The position numbers and the translations under genes were made by a program. DNA of 64,000 nucleotides, from assembly GCA_963768625.1 (NCBI GenBank), contig CAVYIK010000003.1, forward strand, positions 198,715-262,714. Direction: 5' to 3'. The DNA is from an uncultured bacterium. GTDB taxonomy: Bacteria > Patescibacteriota > Minisyncoccia > UBA6257 > 2-01-FULL-56-20. Under the pieces are notes generated by a model. It searched no databases, was not told the DNA's origin, and saw only the letters and a list, made by a program, of their open reading frames with translations. Positions 1 through 9,642 of this stretch are shown here, piece by piece; within the stretch, counting starts at the first letter, position 1, and every line of letters starts with the position of its first letter.

Positions 1-413
1 GAAACGCGCACCGGCTTGCCGTTCAAGAAGGCCCCTTTCCCCTTTTCTGCATAGAACATCCTGTTCAAGATGGGATCGTAAAGCACCCCGAGCATGCTCT
101 CTCCGTTATGGGTCAACGCGAGCGAAAACATGAAGGTGGGGTACCCGTGCGAAAACGGGACCGTGCCATCAATCGGATCGCACACCCAGACGTACTCACT
201 GTCTTTCATATTGCTTTCCTCTTCACCCAAAAGAGCGTGTTCGGGGAATTTTTTCTTTATCTCTTCGATCACCATTTTATTGATCGCCGTATCGGTTACG
301 GTGAGCGGCGTATCGTCCTCCTTCCAATCTTTCTTCATGCCTAAAGAAAAATTGGCGAGCATCACTTTGCCTGCCTTCGCCGCCAGGCCAAGGACAAAAT
401 CTTTATAGGGCAT
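1..413 (-). CDS. inositol monophosphatase (IMPase/SuhB) family protein; 3' end runs off the window
   Basis: My own translation from the ATG at 413-411 gives MPYKDFVLGLAAKAGKVM...SEYVWVCDPIDGTVPFSHGYPTF.... It contains the WxxDPIDGT metal-binding motif. It is absent from the ORF track because there is no stop inside the window. Confidence 0.75.
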   Translation of the reverse strand, partial: MPYKDFVLGLAAKAGKVMLANFSLGMKKDWKEDDTPLTVTDTAINKMVIEEIKKKFPEHALLGEEESNMKDSEYVWVCDPIDGTVPFSHGYPTFMFSLALTHNGESMLGVLYDPILNRMFYAEKGKGAFLNGKPVRV

Positions 414-490
414 AGGTAGATTATACCTCGCAAAAGAAAAAGGCGTGCGGGAGACGGTTGTCTCCTGCACGCCATGAAACGATACCGGGG

Positions 491-1204
491 TCACACCTCC
501 TTGGTCGACCCGCAGTTTGAACATTTGTAGATGTTCCCACTAAGGAGCCTCATGCGCATCCCACAACCACTGCAGCTCGGGCTCGCAAGAAACTCCCTTC
601 CCTTGCCAACGTCGGTGTTCACGGGGATGCCCTGGGCGCAAAGCTTGCACTCCGCCTCGTCCCAAGCATCGAGTTTGACGTTTGCGAGCGAGAAGAGGTC
701 TTGGACGCCGAGGTCTCGGGCCGTCACGCCTCCACGATTACAGAGCGCCGCAACGCCTACGATACTGCCGGAGGCGCGCCGGACCTCTGCGATCACCCTC
801 TTCACGGAACCACCCGTTGTGATGATGTCCTCAACGACGAGCACGAACTTCCCGGCGATGAGCTTGTCGTATCCCCGCTTGATGACGAATTCGCCGTCGA
901 AGTTCTGTACTTTGTCGGCATAAACGCCAAGCACTTCCCTTCCTGTGAGCTCGCTTAGGTGATAAGCGACCCCCTGGGAAAGAATGATGGCTCCGACAGC
1001 GGGAGCAACGACCGCCTCGATGCGGTAACGACAGAACTCCTCCGCAATAGCGCGGCAGAGTTCTGAGGTCTGCTTCGTATGCGGATAGATCGCGTCCTTG
1101 TTGACATACGCAGTGCCATGCTTGCCCGAAGTGTAGACGATGTGGCTGTCCGTGATCACCGCACCGGTCTTTCTAAGGATTTCCAGTACCTCCTGCTGCT
1201 TCAT
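491..1204 (-). CDS. pyrE: orotate phosphoribosyltransferase-like type I PRTase with a C-terminal CxxC...CxxC zinc-ribbon extension
   Basis: Carries the PRPP-binding motif VLVVEDIITTGGS. Its start overlaps the pyrF stop (ATGA at 1201-1204). The tail reads CSGCG...CSNCG. Confidence 0.7.
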   Translation of the reverse strand: MKQQEVLEILRKTGAVITDSHIVYTSGKHGTAYVNKDAIYPHTKQTSELCRAIAEEFCRYRIEAVVAPAVGAIILSQGVAYHLSELTGREVLGVYADKVQNFDGEFVIKRGYDKLIAGKFVLVVEDIITTGGSVKRVIAEVRRASGSIVGVAALCNRGGVTARDLGVQDLFSLANVKLDAWDEAECKLCAQGIPVNTDVGKGREFLASPSCSGCGMRMRLLSGNIYKCSNCGSTKEV

Positions 1205-2133
1205 GGCGTTTCCGCCTCCTTTCGGTATTGGTTGATGGTGTTGTGGTACCTTTCGGTTGACTTCCTCGCCGCTTCGGCGAAATCTTCCCCTTGCGAAGCG
1301 AAGATAATGCCGCGGGACAAGTTGATGAGCATCCCCTTCGCGCGACTGTCTACGCCGGCAACGACCGCCTTTTGGATGTCGCCGCCTTGGGCACCGACAC
1401 CGGGGATGAGGATGGGCATTTCGCCGACGAGCCGGCGGACCTCGCCGAGCTCCTCGGGGACTGTCGCCCCGACGACCAAAGCGCAGTTATTTTCCCTGTT
1501 CCATTCGCGGTAGACCTGGTAGGCGACGTGGAGAAAGAGAAAGGTGTGGTGTTTTCCCTGCGCGTCCGTGCGATATCGCACGTTCGCCTGGTTGAAAAAT
1601 TCAGCCTCTTCCACACCGATCTCCACTTCCCGGTCCTGAAACTCTCCCGCTCCCTCGTTCGAAGTGCGGCAGAGGACGATAATGCCCTTGTCTGTCTCTC
1701 CGAGGAACGGCATGAGCGCCTTTCCGCCGAGATAGGGATTTACGGTGATGGCATCGACGCCCAGGTATCCGAATGCGAACTCGACATACCCAGAGTTGGT
1801 GTTCCCGATATCCGCGAATTTCCCATCAAGGATGATGGGGACGTCGGGCGCAACGCGACCGATGTAACTCACGGTTGACCGCAGGGCGCGGATGCCCTCC
1901 TCGCAGTTCGCAATGTAGAACGCCAGATTCAGCTTGTACGCCGCGACAAGATCCGCGGTCGCGTCGACGATGGCAGTGTTGAATTTCACAATGATGCCGC
2001 CGACGTTTGCATGCCTGTCATTGTTCCAGACCACCTCCGGAATCTTTCTTACTTCGCTGTCCAGACCGATGCAAACAAACTTCTCTTTGGCCCACCGCGC
2101 TTCCAACATCTTAAGAAACACTCGTGCAGACAT
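1201..2133 (-). CDS. pyrF: orotidine-5'-phosphate decarboxylase (long, type 2)
   Basis: 310 aa with a FVCIGLD.. N-terminal motif, DGKFADIGNT and a C-terminal GVGAQGG. Lies within the pyr cluster. Confidence 0.8.
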   Translation of the reverse strand: MSARVFLKMLEARWAKEKFVCIGLDSEVRKIPEVVWNNDRHANVGGIIVKFNTAIVDATADLVAAYKLNLAFYIANCEEGIRALRSTVSYIGRVAPDVPIILDGKFADIGNTNSGYVEFAFGYLGVDAITVNPYLGGKALMPFLGETDKGIIVLCRTSNEGAGEFQDREVEIGVEEAEFFNQANVRYRTDAQGKHHTFLFLHVAYQVYREWNRENNCALVVGATVPEELGEVRRLVGEMPILIPGVGAQGGDIQKAVVAGVDSRAKGMLINLSRGIIFASQGEDFAEAARKSTERYHNTINQYRKEAETP

Positions 2134-2290
2134 ATGGTTTCCTTTCTCGAGACAGTAGTCTTTTCCTGATAAGCCCTACGGCTTGGCTGAGCACATACTA
2201 GCTATAAAAGCCCTGCTTTGTCAAAGAAAAAACGCTCAAAGAAAAAGGGGCCCGCCGAAACAGCGAACCCCTATCGTAACCGCGTATCGG

Positions 2291-3301
2291 TCACTCCACT
2301 TGCCAGCTGATCTCTTTGCCGGCCCAGAACGGGACGATCCCTCCGTACGCCGGAGGAACTTTCCACTTTTTCCGGACGAATGAGATGTTCTCACCGTTGC
2401 GCGGCAAGCCGTAGAAATCCGCCCCGAAATTGGAACAGAAGTCCTCCAGCCCGCTCAACGCCGCGTGCTGTTCAAAGAGTTCAACCAAAAGCGGCAGGGC
2501 GACGGGAGCCGTGAAGATCCCGGCACATCCCGACGCACACTCTTTCTTTGCTTTCAAATGCGGCGCGCTGTCCGTGCCGAGGAAGAATTGCTTGCGGCCG
2601 CTCATCGCCGCCGTGACGAGCGCAGCTCGGTCCTGCGGCCGCTTTGCTATCGGCTTGCAGAAATGATGCGGCTGCAGTTTGCCCCCGACCACGTCGTCCA
2701 ACGTGATCAGAAGATGGTGTACGGTGATGGTGGCCGCAACATTGTCCCCCATCTGATCGATGCAGTCGACTGCCCTTGCGGTCGTGATATGTTCCATCAC
2801 GATCTTCAGACACCGGAATGATTTCGCGATGTCCTTGAGCGTCGGAAAGAATTTCGATTCCCAATCCAGGCAAAGCCCGTTAGGATCCTGCATCTCGCCG
2901 TGAAACAGCGCGAGCATGCCGCATTCTTCCATCGCCGCAAGAGCCGGGTAGATCTTCCGGTAATCACTTACGCCATTCTCCGAGTTCGTGGTGAGGCCGC
3001 GGGGATATACCTTGCCCGCGACGACCCCGGCTTCCTTCGCCTTGGCGATGGTTTCCGGTTTTGTGCCCTCGACGATCTGGATGGTCATCAAGGGTTTGAA
3101 CCTGGAACCGTTTGCCGCCGCAAGGATCTCTTCCCGATACGTGAACGCGTCCCAGCCCGTCAGGACCGGCGGTTCCGTATTCGGCATGATGACCGCCCGC
3201 TTGAACTGCTTCACCGTGAACGGCAAGACCGTCCTCAGCACATCACCATTCCGCAAATGCAAATGACAATCGATCGGTTTCCGCATCTTGAACTGGTCCA
3301 T
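2291..3301 (-). CDS. pyrC: dihydroorotase (E. coli-like class II)
   Basis: 336 aa with a DCHLHLRNGD metal-ligand motif and FLGTDSAPH. Lies within the pyr cluster. Confidence 0.8.
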   Translation of the reverse strand: MDQFKMRKPIDCHLHLRNGDVLRTVLPFTVKQFKRAVIMPNTEPPVLTGWDAFTYREEILAAANGSRFKPLMTIQIVEGTKPETIAKAKEAGVVAGKVYPRGLTTNSENGVSDYRKIYPALAAMEECGMLALFHGEMQDPNGLCLDWESKFFPTLKDIAKSFRCLKIVMEHITTARAVDCIDQMGDNVAATITVHHLLITLDDVVGGKLQPHHFCKPIAKRPQDRAALVTAAMSGRKQFFLGTDSAPHLKAKKECASGCAGIFTAPVALPLLVELFEQHAALSGLEDFCSNFGADFYGLPRNGENISFVRKKWKVPPAYGGIVPFWAGKEISWQVE

Positions 3302-3408
3302 AAGTTGTCTCCTTGTAATGCTGCCCCGATTCTACACCATCCCCCAAAAAAGAAAAAGGAGCGTGGGGGGGGTGAGCCACGCTCCATAGAACAAATAGAG
3401 TAAAACGA

Positions 3409-4380
3409 TCAGACCGGGCCATTTAGCGTACGCCCGATCTCCCGGACCCGCCATGGGCGCAAGAACGCGATGGACCCCAAGGAAATGGAATCCGTGCGGT
3501 CATCAAGCCTGTCCATTACGCGGAGTGCGTCGTGGAGAGAGAGGATGCCTCCCCCGGCATTGATGGGTTTCATGAACCCGGCGTCGCGGATCTTCAAGAT
3601 GAACGCAAGCAGCAACGGCAAAAGCGGTTTTCCCGAGAGCCCGCCGCCGCCGAATCCGAACTGTTGAAGCGGCGATTCCCGGCCGAAAAGTTTATGCCAA
3701 TCGATCCTCGGCGCAAGCTGCCCGTACGGAATGGTGTTTGAAACGCACATTGCGTCACAACAGTGGTGGTTACCGATATCCCGCGCGATCTCCACGGGAA
3801 TGGTAACGTTGAACTTCGGCATGAGCGGGATCCCCAATCGCGAAGCGATGCGGAGCCCTTCGTCGATCTCATTGAGCAACTCGCTGAGATGCAGTCCGAC
3901 GTTAGGACACGAATAATTGATTTGCAATCCCACCGAGGCCTGGAACCGCGGAAGATGGATACTGAAAAGGTCAATGAAATCGAGAAGCTCACTGATCCGT
4001 TCCTCCGCAGTGTGAGCAACAGACATGAACGAGATGAAGAATGGCTTCGTCCGCGCCTGCCAACGGCCCGTTTCAAAAAGCGCTCGCGCACCGGGACCGC
4101 TCAAGCCAACCGAGTTCAAGGCGACGCCTTTCCAAAATTTCACATGGATGCATTTTGGAAAGCGCTCGCGCGGAGTGAAATCAGCCCGCAACGGCATGTT
4201 GCCGCCATCGGGTGGGCCCAAACGGGCTTTCAACGTGGTTGTTTTCGCAACGAAAGTGACATCCCGGAAATCAAGGCCGATGGGCTTCAGGTAAGGATGG
4301 AACCAATACCCCTCACCGAAAAAACCCTGGACCCCGCTCGCCGCGAGCACCCTTCCGAACTCTATTCCTTTCAATCTCAT
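3409..4380 (-). CDS. pyrD: dihydroorotate dehydrogenase family protein
   Basis: 323 aa with LNSVGLSGPG, NYSCPN, GGGGLSGKP and NAGGGI motifs typical of the DHODH TIM barrel. An SD-like GGGGGA lies upstream. Confidence 0.65.
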   Translation of the reverse strand: MRLKGIEFGRVLAASGVQGFFGEGYWFHPYLKPIGLDFRDVTFVAKTTTLKARLGPPDGGNMPLRADFTPRERFPKCIHVKFWKGVALNSVGLSGPGARALFETGRWQARTKPFFISFMSVAHTAEERISELLDFIDLFSIHLPRFQASVGLQINYSCPNVGLHLSELLNEIDEGLRIASRLGIPLMPKFNVTIPVEIARDIGNHHCCDAMCVSNTIPYGQLAPRIDWHKLFGRESPLQQFGFGGGGLSGKPLLPLLLAFILKIRDAGFMKPINAGGGILSLHDALRVMDRLDDRTDSISLGSIAFLRPWRVREIGRTLNGPV

Positions 4381-4474
4381 CGATCTGTCCCCCTAAAAGA
4401 AATTGTGTCGTGCTGACACCATATTCGCCGTTCGCTCCGCGAATGTCAACCGCTCATAAAGGTATAATAAAGCC

Positions 4475-6229
4475 ATGGAATTTTATCTGCCGTCCTTCGT
4501 TTTCGTCCTCACCGTCGCGGGGTTTGCCACGGGCTATGCCCCTCTCTTTATCCTCGCCATTGCCATCGGCCTTTTTGTCCTCGGGCGCAATACCGCGAAT
4601 AAAGCGCTGAGAGGACAGTATTCCCTGGACTACATCGCCGTCCTCGCAATGGTGGTCTCCCTCGTGACATATGAATTCGGGGCGGGGTCCGTCATCTCGC
4701 TCATGATCCTCGTGAGCGAAGCGCTTGAGGCCTATAGCTCGCGTGAAGCGGAAGCGGCGCTCAAAAGCTTCCTGGAAAAGATCCCGAAGACCTGCGAGGT
4801 GAAAACGAACGGTGCGGCCGGCAGGGCGGACGGATTCGAAAAGCGCGACATCCACGAAGTAAAAGAGGGCGACGTCATTTTCGTAAGGCCGGGCGAGATC
4901 ATACCGCTTGACGGCTACCTCATCTCGGAGAGCGCGCTCATGAATGAAGCCAATCTCACCGGGGAGCTGGAACCCCAGCCCTACGCCAAAAACCAGCTCG
5001 TAAAAAGCGGCCTCGTGAACCTTGAGGCCTCTGTGGAGCTTCGCATCGTCGGCGACTTCTCGCGTTCCACGTATCAGAAGATCGTCAATCTCGTGCAGGA
5101 GGCAAAAATGCATCCGGCAAGGACCGTGCGCCTCGCGGAACGCTATAACTACGGGTTCACTGCCATCACGCTTTTCATGGCGGCCGCCGCCTACGCCCTC
5201 TCGCACGAGGCAAGCCACCTCCTCGCCGTGCTCGTCATCGCCACACCCTGTCCCCTGCTCATCGCGGCGCCCGTGAGCTTCCTTGGCGGGCTCAACAAAG
5301 CGTCCAAAAAGAACATCATCGTAAAAAAACCGGCGGCGCTAGAGACCCTCTCCGAGATCACGGCCATTTTCTTTGATAAAACCGGGACGCTCACGCTCGG
5401 AGAGCCGCGCCTGCAGAGCATTGAAAACATCGCCAGCGGATTTTCGGAAAACGCACTTCTCGCCGCCGCGGCAGCCATAGAGCTCCACTCCCTTCATCCC
5501 CTCGCGAAGGCCGTCGTGCAGGCAAAAAACGAGCGCGGGCTCCCCCACTACGAGGCAAAGGACGTAAAAGAAAAGATCGGTGACGGCATTACGGGAACGG
5601 TCAATGGCAAAACGTTCCGGCTTGAGAAATCCAAGGATCCTGCAGCGCACGGCATCGCGATAGACATTCTTGCGGACGACAAGCTTGCCGGCCGGCTCAT
5701 CTTTGAAGACCAGATAAAAGGCGGCACGCCGACGCTCCTTAAACGGCTCAAGAAACGCTACGCCGTCGCGATCCTCACGGGCGATACGGAAAAGAACGCA
5801 AAGGAACTTTTTGGGCATTTGGGCGTCGTGATCCACGCGCACTGTCTCCCCGAAGACAAATTCGCCATCGTGAAGGCCGCGCAGGCCAAGGGCGGCAAGG
5901 TTATGATGGTCGGCGACGGCTTGAACGACGCGCCGGCGCTCGCGCTCGCGGACGTCGGGGTCGTATTTTCCGGCACGGAGAACAGTGCTTCCATTGAAGC
6001 GGCGGCGGTCGCCATCTTGAGCCGCGACATCGGACGCGTGGAGTCCATCCTCGGCATAGCGAAGGACTCAACCCGCATTGCCCGCGAGAGCATCCTCTGG
6101 GGCATCGGCCTTTCCGTCATCGGAATGGCCTTCGCCGCATTCGGATTCATCCCGCCCGTAACCGGCGCGATCCTGCAGGAAGGCATTGACGCCGCAGTGA
6201 TTCTGAACGCCCTGCGCGCCGCGCGGTAA
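4475..6229 (+). CDS. heavy-metal (P1B-type) P-type ATPase, short form without an N-terminal metal-binding domain
   Basis: 584 aa with DKTGTLT, a TPCP transmembrane motif and GDGLNDAPAL. TATAAT at 4463-4468 lies 6 nt before the ATG. Confidence 0.85.
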   Translation: MEFYLPSFVFVLTVAGFATGYAPLFILAIAIGLFVLGRNTANKALRGQYSLDYIAVLAMVVSLVTYEFGAGSVISLMILVSEALEAYSSREAEAALKSFLEKIPKTCEVKTNGAAGRADGFEKRDIHEVKEGDVIFVRPGEIIPLDGYLISESALMNEANLTGELEPQPYAKNQLVKSGLVNLEASVELRIVGDFSRSTYQKIVNLVQEAKMHPARTVRLAERYNYGFTAITLFMAAAAYALSHEASHLLAVLVIATPCPLLIAAPVSFLGGLNKASKKNIIVKKPAALETLSEITAIFFDKTGTLTLGEPRLQSIENIASGFSENALLAAAAAIELHSLHPLAKAVVQAKNERGLPHYEAKDVKEKIGDGITGTVNGKTFRLEKSKDPAAHGIAIDILADDKLAGRLIFEDQIKGGTPTLLKRLKKRYAVAILTGDTEKNAKELFGHLGVVIHAHCLPEDKFAIVKAAQAKGGKVMMVGDGLNDAPALALADVGVVFSGTENSASIEAAAVAILSRDIGRVESILGIAKDSTRIARESILWGIGLSVIGMAFAAFGFIPPVTGAILQEGIDAAVILNALRAAR

Positions 6230-6250
6230 AAAGCCGCGCAAAAACGCGCG

Positions 6251-6778
6251 CTAATTTTTCTGGATCGTATTCCCCAAAAGCCCGTAGTGCGCGCCGTCAA
6301 GCGAGATAATCCCGTTCGCCACCGTATGCGACGCAATGTTCATGCTCGCTCCGAGCGGAAAGTCCGCGACGTTGAACATGATGCCACCCTGGTTCAGCAT
6401 CGCCGCGAGATAATAGTTCGGGGCGCCGTCCGCTGAAGGCCGGTTTACGATGACCGCTGCGTCATCCATGCCGTCATGGTTTATGTCGCCGAACGACGTG
6501 TCCTCTTGGATAAGCTGAACCGTGGAGCCGAGCCGCGTCCAATGCCCCGCGCCGTCAATATAGGGCGCGCCCAGGAGGTCCTTTATGTTCGGCCAGATGC
6601 TGTCGTTCGCGGGTACCGAAAAGTTGATCGGGGCCGCCGCCTGCGTTACGAGCTGCACGGCATTGCTCCCGAAGTTCACCGCCTGTTCCGCAAACGCCGC
6701 CGAGGGCGCATGGCTCTGCGCGAAGGTAAGCACGGCCGCGGCCGCCTGCAGGAGCGCAAGCAAAGAAGTGATGTTCAT
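6251..6778 (-). CDS. secreted hypothetical protein (FG-GAP/VCBS-like DxDxDG segment)
   Basis: 175 aa with an N-terminal signal-like peptide (MNITSLLALLQAAAAVLTFAQS) and GDINHDGMDDAAV. TAGAAT lies 7 nt upstream of the ATG. Confidence 0.45.
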   Translation of the reverse strand: MNITSLLALLQAAAAVLTFAQSHAPSAAFAEQAVNFGSNAVQLVTQAAAPINFSVPANDSIWPNIKDLLGAPYIDGAGHWTRLGSTVQLIQEDTSFGDINHDGMDDAAVIVNRPSADGAPNYYLAAMLNQGGIMFNVADFPLGASMNIASHTVANGIISLDGAHYGLLGNTIQKN

Positions 6779-6803
6779 GGGTTATATTCTAGCACGAAAT
6801 GGG

Positions 6804-8306
6804 CTAAAGTTGCTGCAAAGGATCAACAGAGACCTGCTTCACGACGATCTCACTGTTATTTTTATCCGAATCCCACGTGGTAAAACCAATGCGCCCGCTG
6901 AAAGGAGGATTGATGGTGTTGCCCGTTCCAGCGGTAGATATGATATGTCCATTAAATGAACAGGTCCCTTGGCTATTTTGCACCTGGATAGCGGCTACGA
7001 TATTTGACCCGCCCCATTGATCCCAACCATTCACATCGCCCTGCACTATTGTATATTCATCGCCGTTAATATACTGCTCAAGGTTTATCTGTACGTCGCC
7101 CAAAGCCACTTCATCAAACTCGCACGCCACATAATTTTTATTATTGGTGTAACGCGCCACCAAGCCGAAAGTTTCTCCTTGCACCCAATCAAGCGTCGCC
7201 TGGAAAGTGTAATTCCCGAATGCTTGCGTCCCGCTCAAAAGTATGCCACCGCTTGTGCCAGCGCTGCTTGCGCCGATCGTCAAAGAATCTGTTGCCACCT
7301 CGAAATTGCCCGACCAGCCCTGCCATCCCTGGCTCTTATCGAAAGTGTCGAGAAAAAGCGGCAACGATTTTGTAGTGGTTGCTATGGCGTGTGCGGGAGC
7401 AGCTACGGGAATGGAGGGCTCGGATGCTTCCGCGGGGGCAAGCGGAACTGTGATTGCTGGCGTGGATCCTGTTTGTGCAGATACGGCAGGAGTGCCCACC
7501 GTACTTGTAGCAGATGCGACCACCGAGACCGAGAACGGCACAACAATCGTGTTTTCGGTGAGAGGGACAACGGAAACACTCTTCACCGCCAGCTGATCCT
7601 TTGCCTTTTCTCCCCATGCGATGAAACCGATGCCGCCGGACGTGGATTCGTCTCGTGCAACCGTCGCGCCGAGGACCTCCTTGCCATTCACAAGGCAACC
7701 AACGTCGTTGCCATATACGCTCATGCCCAAGTTAGTCGGCGAAACAACGCCTGCGGGCATCGCGCCGTTCGCGATAAAGACATCGTTATAGTCCACGCGC
7801 CGAATGATCCCAAGCGTATTTGAACCAAATGCGCAATATACAAAATTTTTAGTGTTGTTGGTGACGCGCGCCGCAATATCGAGCCATCCGCCCGTCAGCC
7901 ATTCTATATTTGCCTCTACGGTATAATCGGTCCAAGATGCAGCGTGGTCAAGAAATACGCTACCACCCACATTTGTCGTTGTTGCAGAAAGCAAGAATCC
8001 CCCATTCACTACGGAGAGCGCTCCCCAATGATGGAACCAGTATTGCGTGGTTGAAGCTTCCAGAGTGTATGGCAATATGAAAACCATAGGGGACGGCGCA
8101 GGTTCGGAAATCGTTGCATTGGATAAATTCGTGTTCGTCGCGACGCTTGGCTGGGCCACTCGGGTGATATCGGTGAGGAAAACACTCTGATTTTCACCAT
8201 AACCCTTTAAGTACATAACGCCCGCAGCAAAGGTCACCGTTATCATAACGAGGGCAGTGAAAAATATTCTTAAACCCCTTCTTTTTTTCTCGTCTACGGT
8301 AGACAT
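6804..8306 (-). CDS. membrane-anchored extracellular protein with two tandem lectin/glucanase-like beta-sandwich repeats
   Basis: 500 aa with an N-terminal TM helix. There is an internal duplication (..WTDYTVEANIEW..ARVTNNTKNFVYCAF.. and ..FGNYTFQATLDW..ARYTNNKNYVACEF..) with an S/T/A/P linker between the two copies. Confidence 0.5.
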   Translation of the reverse strand: MSTVDEKKRRGLRIFFTALVMITVTFAAGVMYLKGYGENQSVFLTDITRVAQPSVATNTNLSNATISEPAPSPMVFILPYTLEASTTQYWFHHWGALSVVNGGFLLSATTTNVGGSVFLDHAASWTDYTVEANIEWLTGGWLDIAARVTNNTKNFVYCAFGSNTLGIIRRVDYNDVFIANGAMPAGVVSPTNLGMSVYGNDVGCLVNGKEVLGATVARDESTSGGIGFIAWGEKAKDQLAVKSVSVVPLTENTIVVPFSVSVVASATSTVGTPAVSAQTGSTPAITVPLAPAEASEPSIPVAAPAHAIATTTKSLPLFLDTFDKSQGWQGWSGNFEVATDSLTIGASSAGTSGGILLSGTQAFGNYTFQATLDWVQGETFGLVARYTNNKNYVACEFDEVALGDVQINLEQYINGDEYTIVQGDVNGWDQWGGSNIVAAIQVQNSQGTCSFNGHIISTAGTGNTINPPFSGRIGFTTWDSDKNNSEIVVKQVSVDPLQQL

Positions 8307-8422
8307 CGAAATATTGGACAGATACCAAATAATGTGTTAAACAATATGTTCTAGATTAAATATTCATTAAATCAGTAGGAGTGCTTTAGTATACGATAAA
8401 ACCTAATATAAATCAAGGATGT

Positions 8423-8875
8423 ATGGCATGGAATCGTAAAATAGCGGTCCTCCCTGGCATAGTAGCCGTACTTCTTGCCGCCTCATTTATTGCCTACCAA
8501 AAGAGAGATGTCATCTATGGAGAACTAAACGCGCTTAAGCTCATCCCGATACCGGAGCGTTTCACGGAACTCTATTTTGAAAATTCTTCATCGCTCCCCC
8601 GAAAAACCGTAGCGGGTCAACCTATCTCCTTCTCCTTCACGATCCATAACGTGGAAGGCACAACGACAACGTACCCATATTCCGTATATTTTAAATATCC
8701 AAATGGCGCACAAATCAGCTTTGCAAATAGCAACGTGATACTCGCCGCGGATGCATCAACCTCTATTAAAGTTACGTATATATTCCCTACGTCTAATCTC
8801 GCGGGCATAGTGGTCGTAAATCTTACGCAATTAAACCAGCAAATCGACTTTCTTTTGTCGGGTACCAATCCATAA
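8423..8875 (+). CDS. TM-anchored DUF1616-like protein; first gene of the glycan island
   Basis: 150 aa with an N-terminal TM helix. The TELYFEN...ISFSFTIHNVEG..YPYSVYF pattern resembles the DUF1616 C-terminal domain found beside GT genes. This is a family call from memory. Confidence 0.4.
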   Translation: MAWNRKIAVLPGIVAVLLAASFIAYQKRDVIYGELNALKLIPIPERFTELYFENSSSLPRKTVAGQPISFSFTIHNVEGTTTTYPYSVYFKYPNGAQISFANSNVILAADASTSIKVTYIFPTSNLAGIVVVNLTQLNQQIDFLLSGTNP

Positions 8876-8877
8876 CT

Positions 8878-9642
8878 ATGAAAGCACGCAAGAAAATCGC
8901 TGCTCTTATCCCCTGCTACAACGAAGATGGGGGTATCGGCAATGTCATCAAAAGTTTTCCACTTAAGAAAATCCACGCGCAGGGATATGCGCTTGAGATT
9001 ATCGTTATCGATAACAATTCAACTGATCATACGGCACGGATAGCGCGGTCGCTCGGTGCAACGGTAATCCACGAATCAGAAAAGGGCAAAGGCAATGCGA
9101 TGCGCCGCGGATTTGATGCTGTCGCCAAAGACGCTGATTACGTCGTAATGCTCGACGGGGACGATACGTACCGTCCGGAAGAAATATTGCGCATGATTGA
9201 ACCGCTTGACTCCAACTTCGCCGAGGTCGTGATTGGTTCACGCCTCGGCGGACGGATCTTCGAGGGGTCAATGACCGGGTTCAATCGTCTTGGCAATTGG
9301 GTATATTCGCATTTGGTGCGTTATTTCTATCGCGTCAATGTAACGGATGTCCTCACTGGCTATTTCGCATGGAAACGGGAAGCCCTTGAGCGCCTCCGGC
9401 CGCATATCAAATCAGAGGGATTCGCCATTGAAATGGAAATGGTCACGAAGATGGCGCGGCTCGAGGAAGAGATCACGTGCGTGCCGATTAGCTATCATCC
9501 CCGCATTGGGCAGACGGGTCTTCACCCCATCTATGATGGCATCCGTGTTCTTTGGATGTTCACTTGCAACCTCTTCTGGCAACCGGAGAAACAAGCAATA
9601 CGTTCAAAGATTGTTAAAAAAGCGCATGGAGCGTCGCAATAA
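8878..9642 (+). CDS. family 2 glycosyltransferase (Dpm1/GtrB-like)
   Basis: 254 aa with IPCYNE, VIDNNSTD and MLDGDDTY (DxD) motifs. Confidence 0.85.
   Translation: MKARKKIAALIPCYNEDGGIGNVIKSFPLKKIHAQGYALEIIVIDNNSTDHTARIARSLGATVIHESEKGKGNAMRRGFDAVAKDADYVVMLDGDDTYRPEEILRMIEPLDSNFAEVVIGSRLGGRIFEGSMTGFNRLGNWVYSHLVRYFYRVNVTDVLTGYFAWKREALERLRPHIKSEGFAIEMEMVTKMARLEEEITCVPISYHPRIGQTGLHPIYDGIRVLWMFTCNLFWQPEKQAIRSKIVKKAHGASQ

Noticed and set aside
94-408. Plus-strand ORFs 94-408 and 108-344.
   Set aside because: They lie antisense to the clearly recognisable IMPase-family CDS that runs off the window edge.
9347-9625. N-terminal extensions of track ORFs: 9347 for the GT4-GT4 gene, 12972 for the GT2, 32808 for YibE/F, 53300 for alaS, 36034 for the M15 peptidase, 37616 for YdeI and 27323 for the small membrane protein.
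   Set aside because: The extensions overlap upstream genes or intergenic promoters and translate to non-protein-like sequence. Internal starts match family N-termini and promoter, SD or ATGA-coupling signals.
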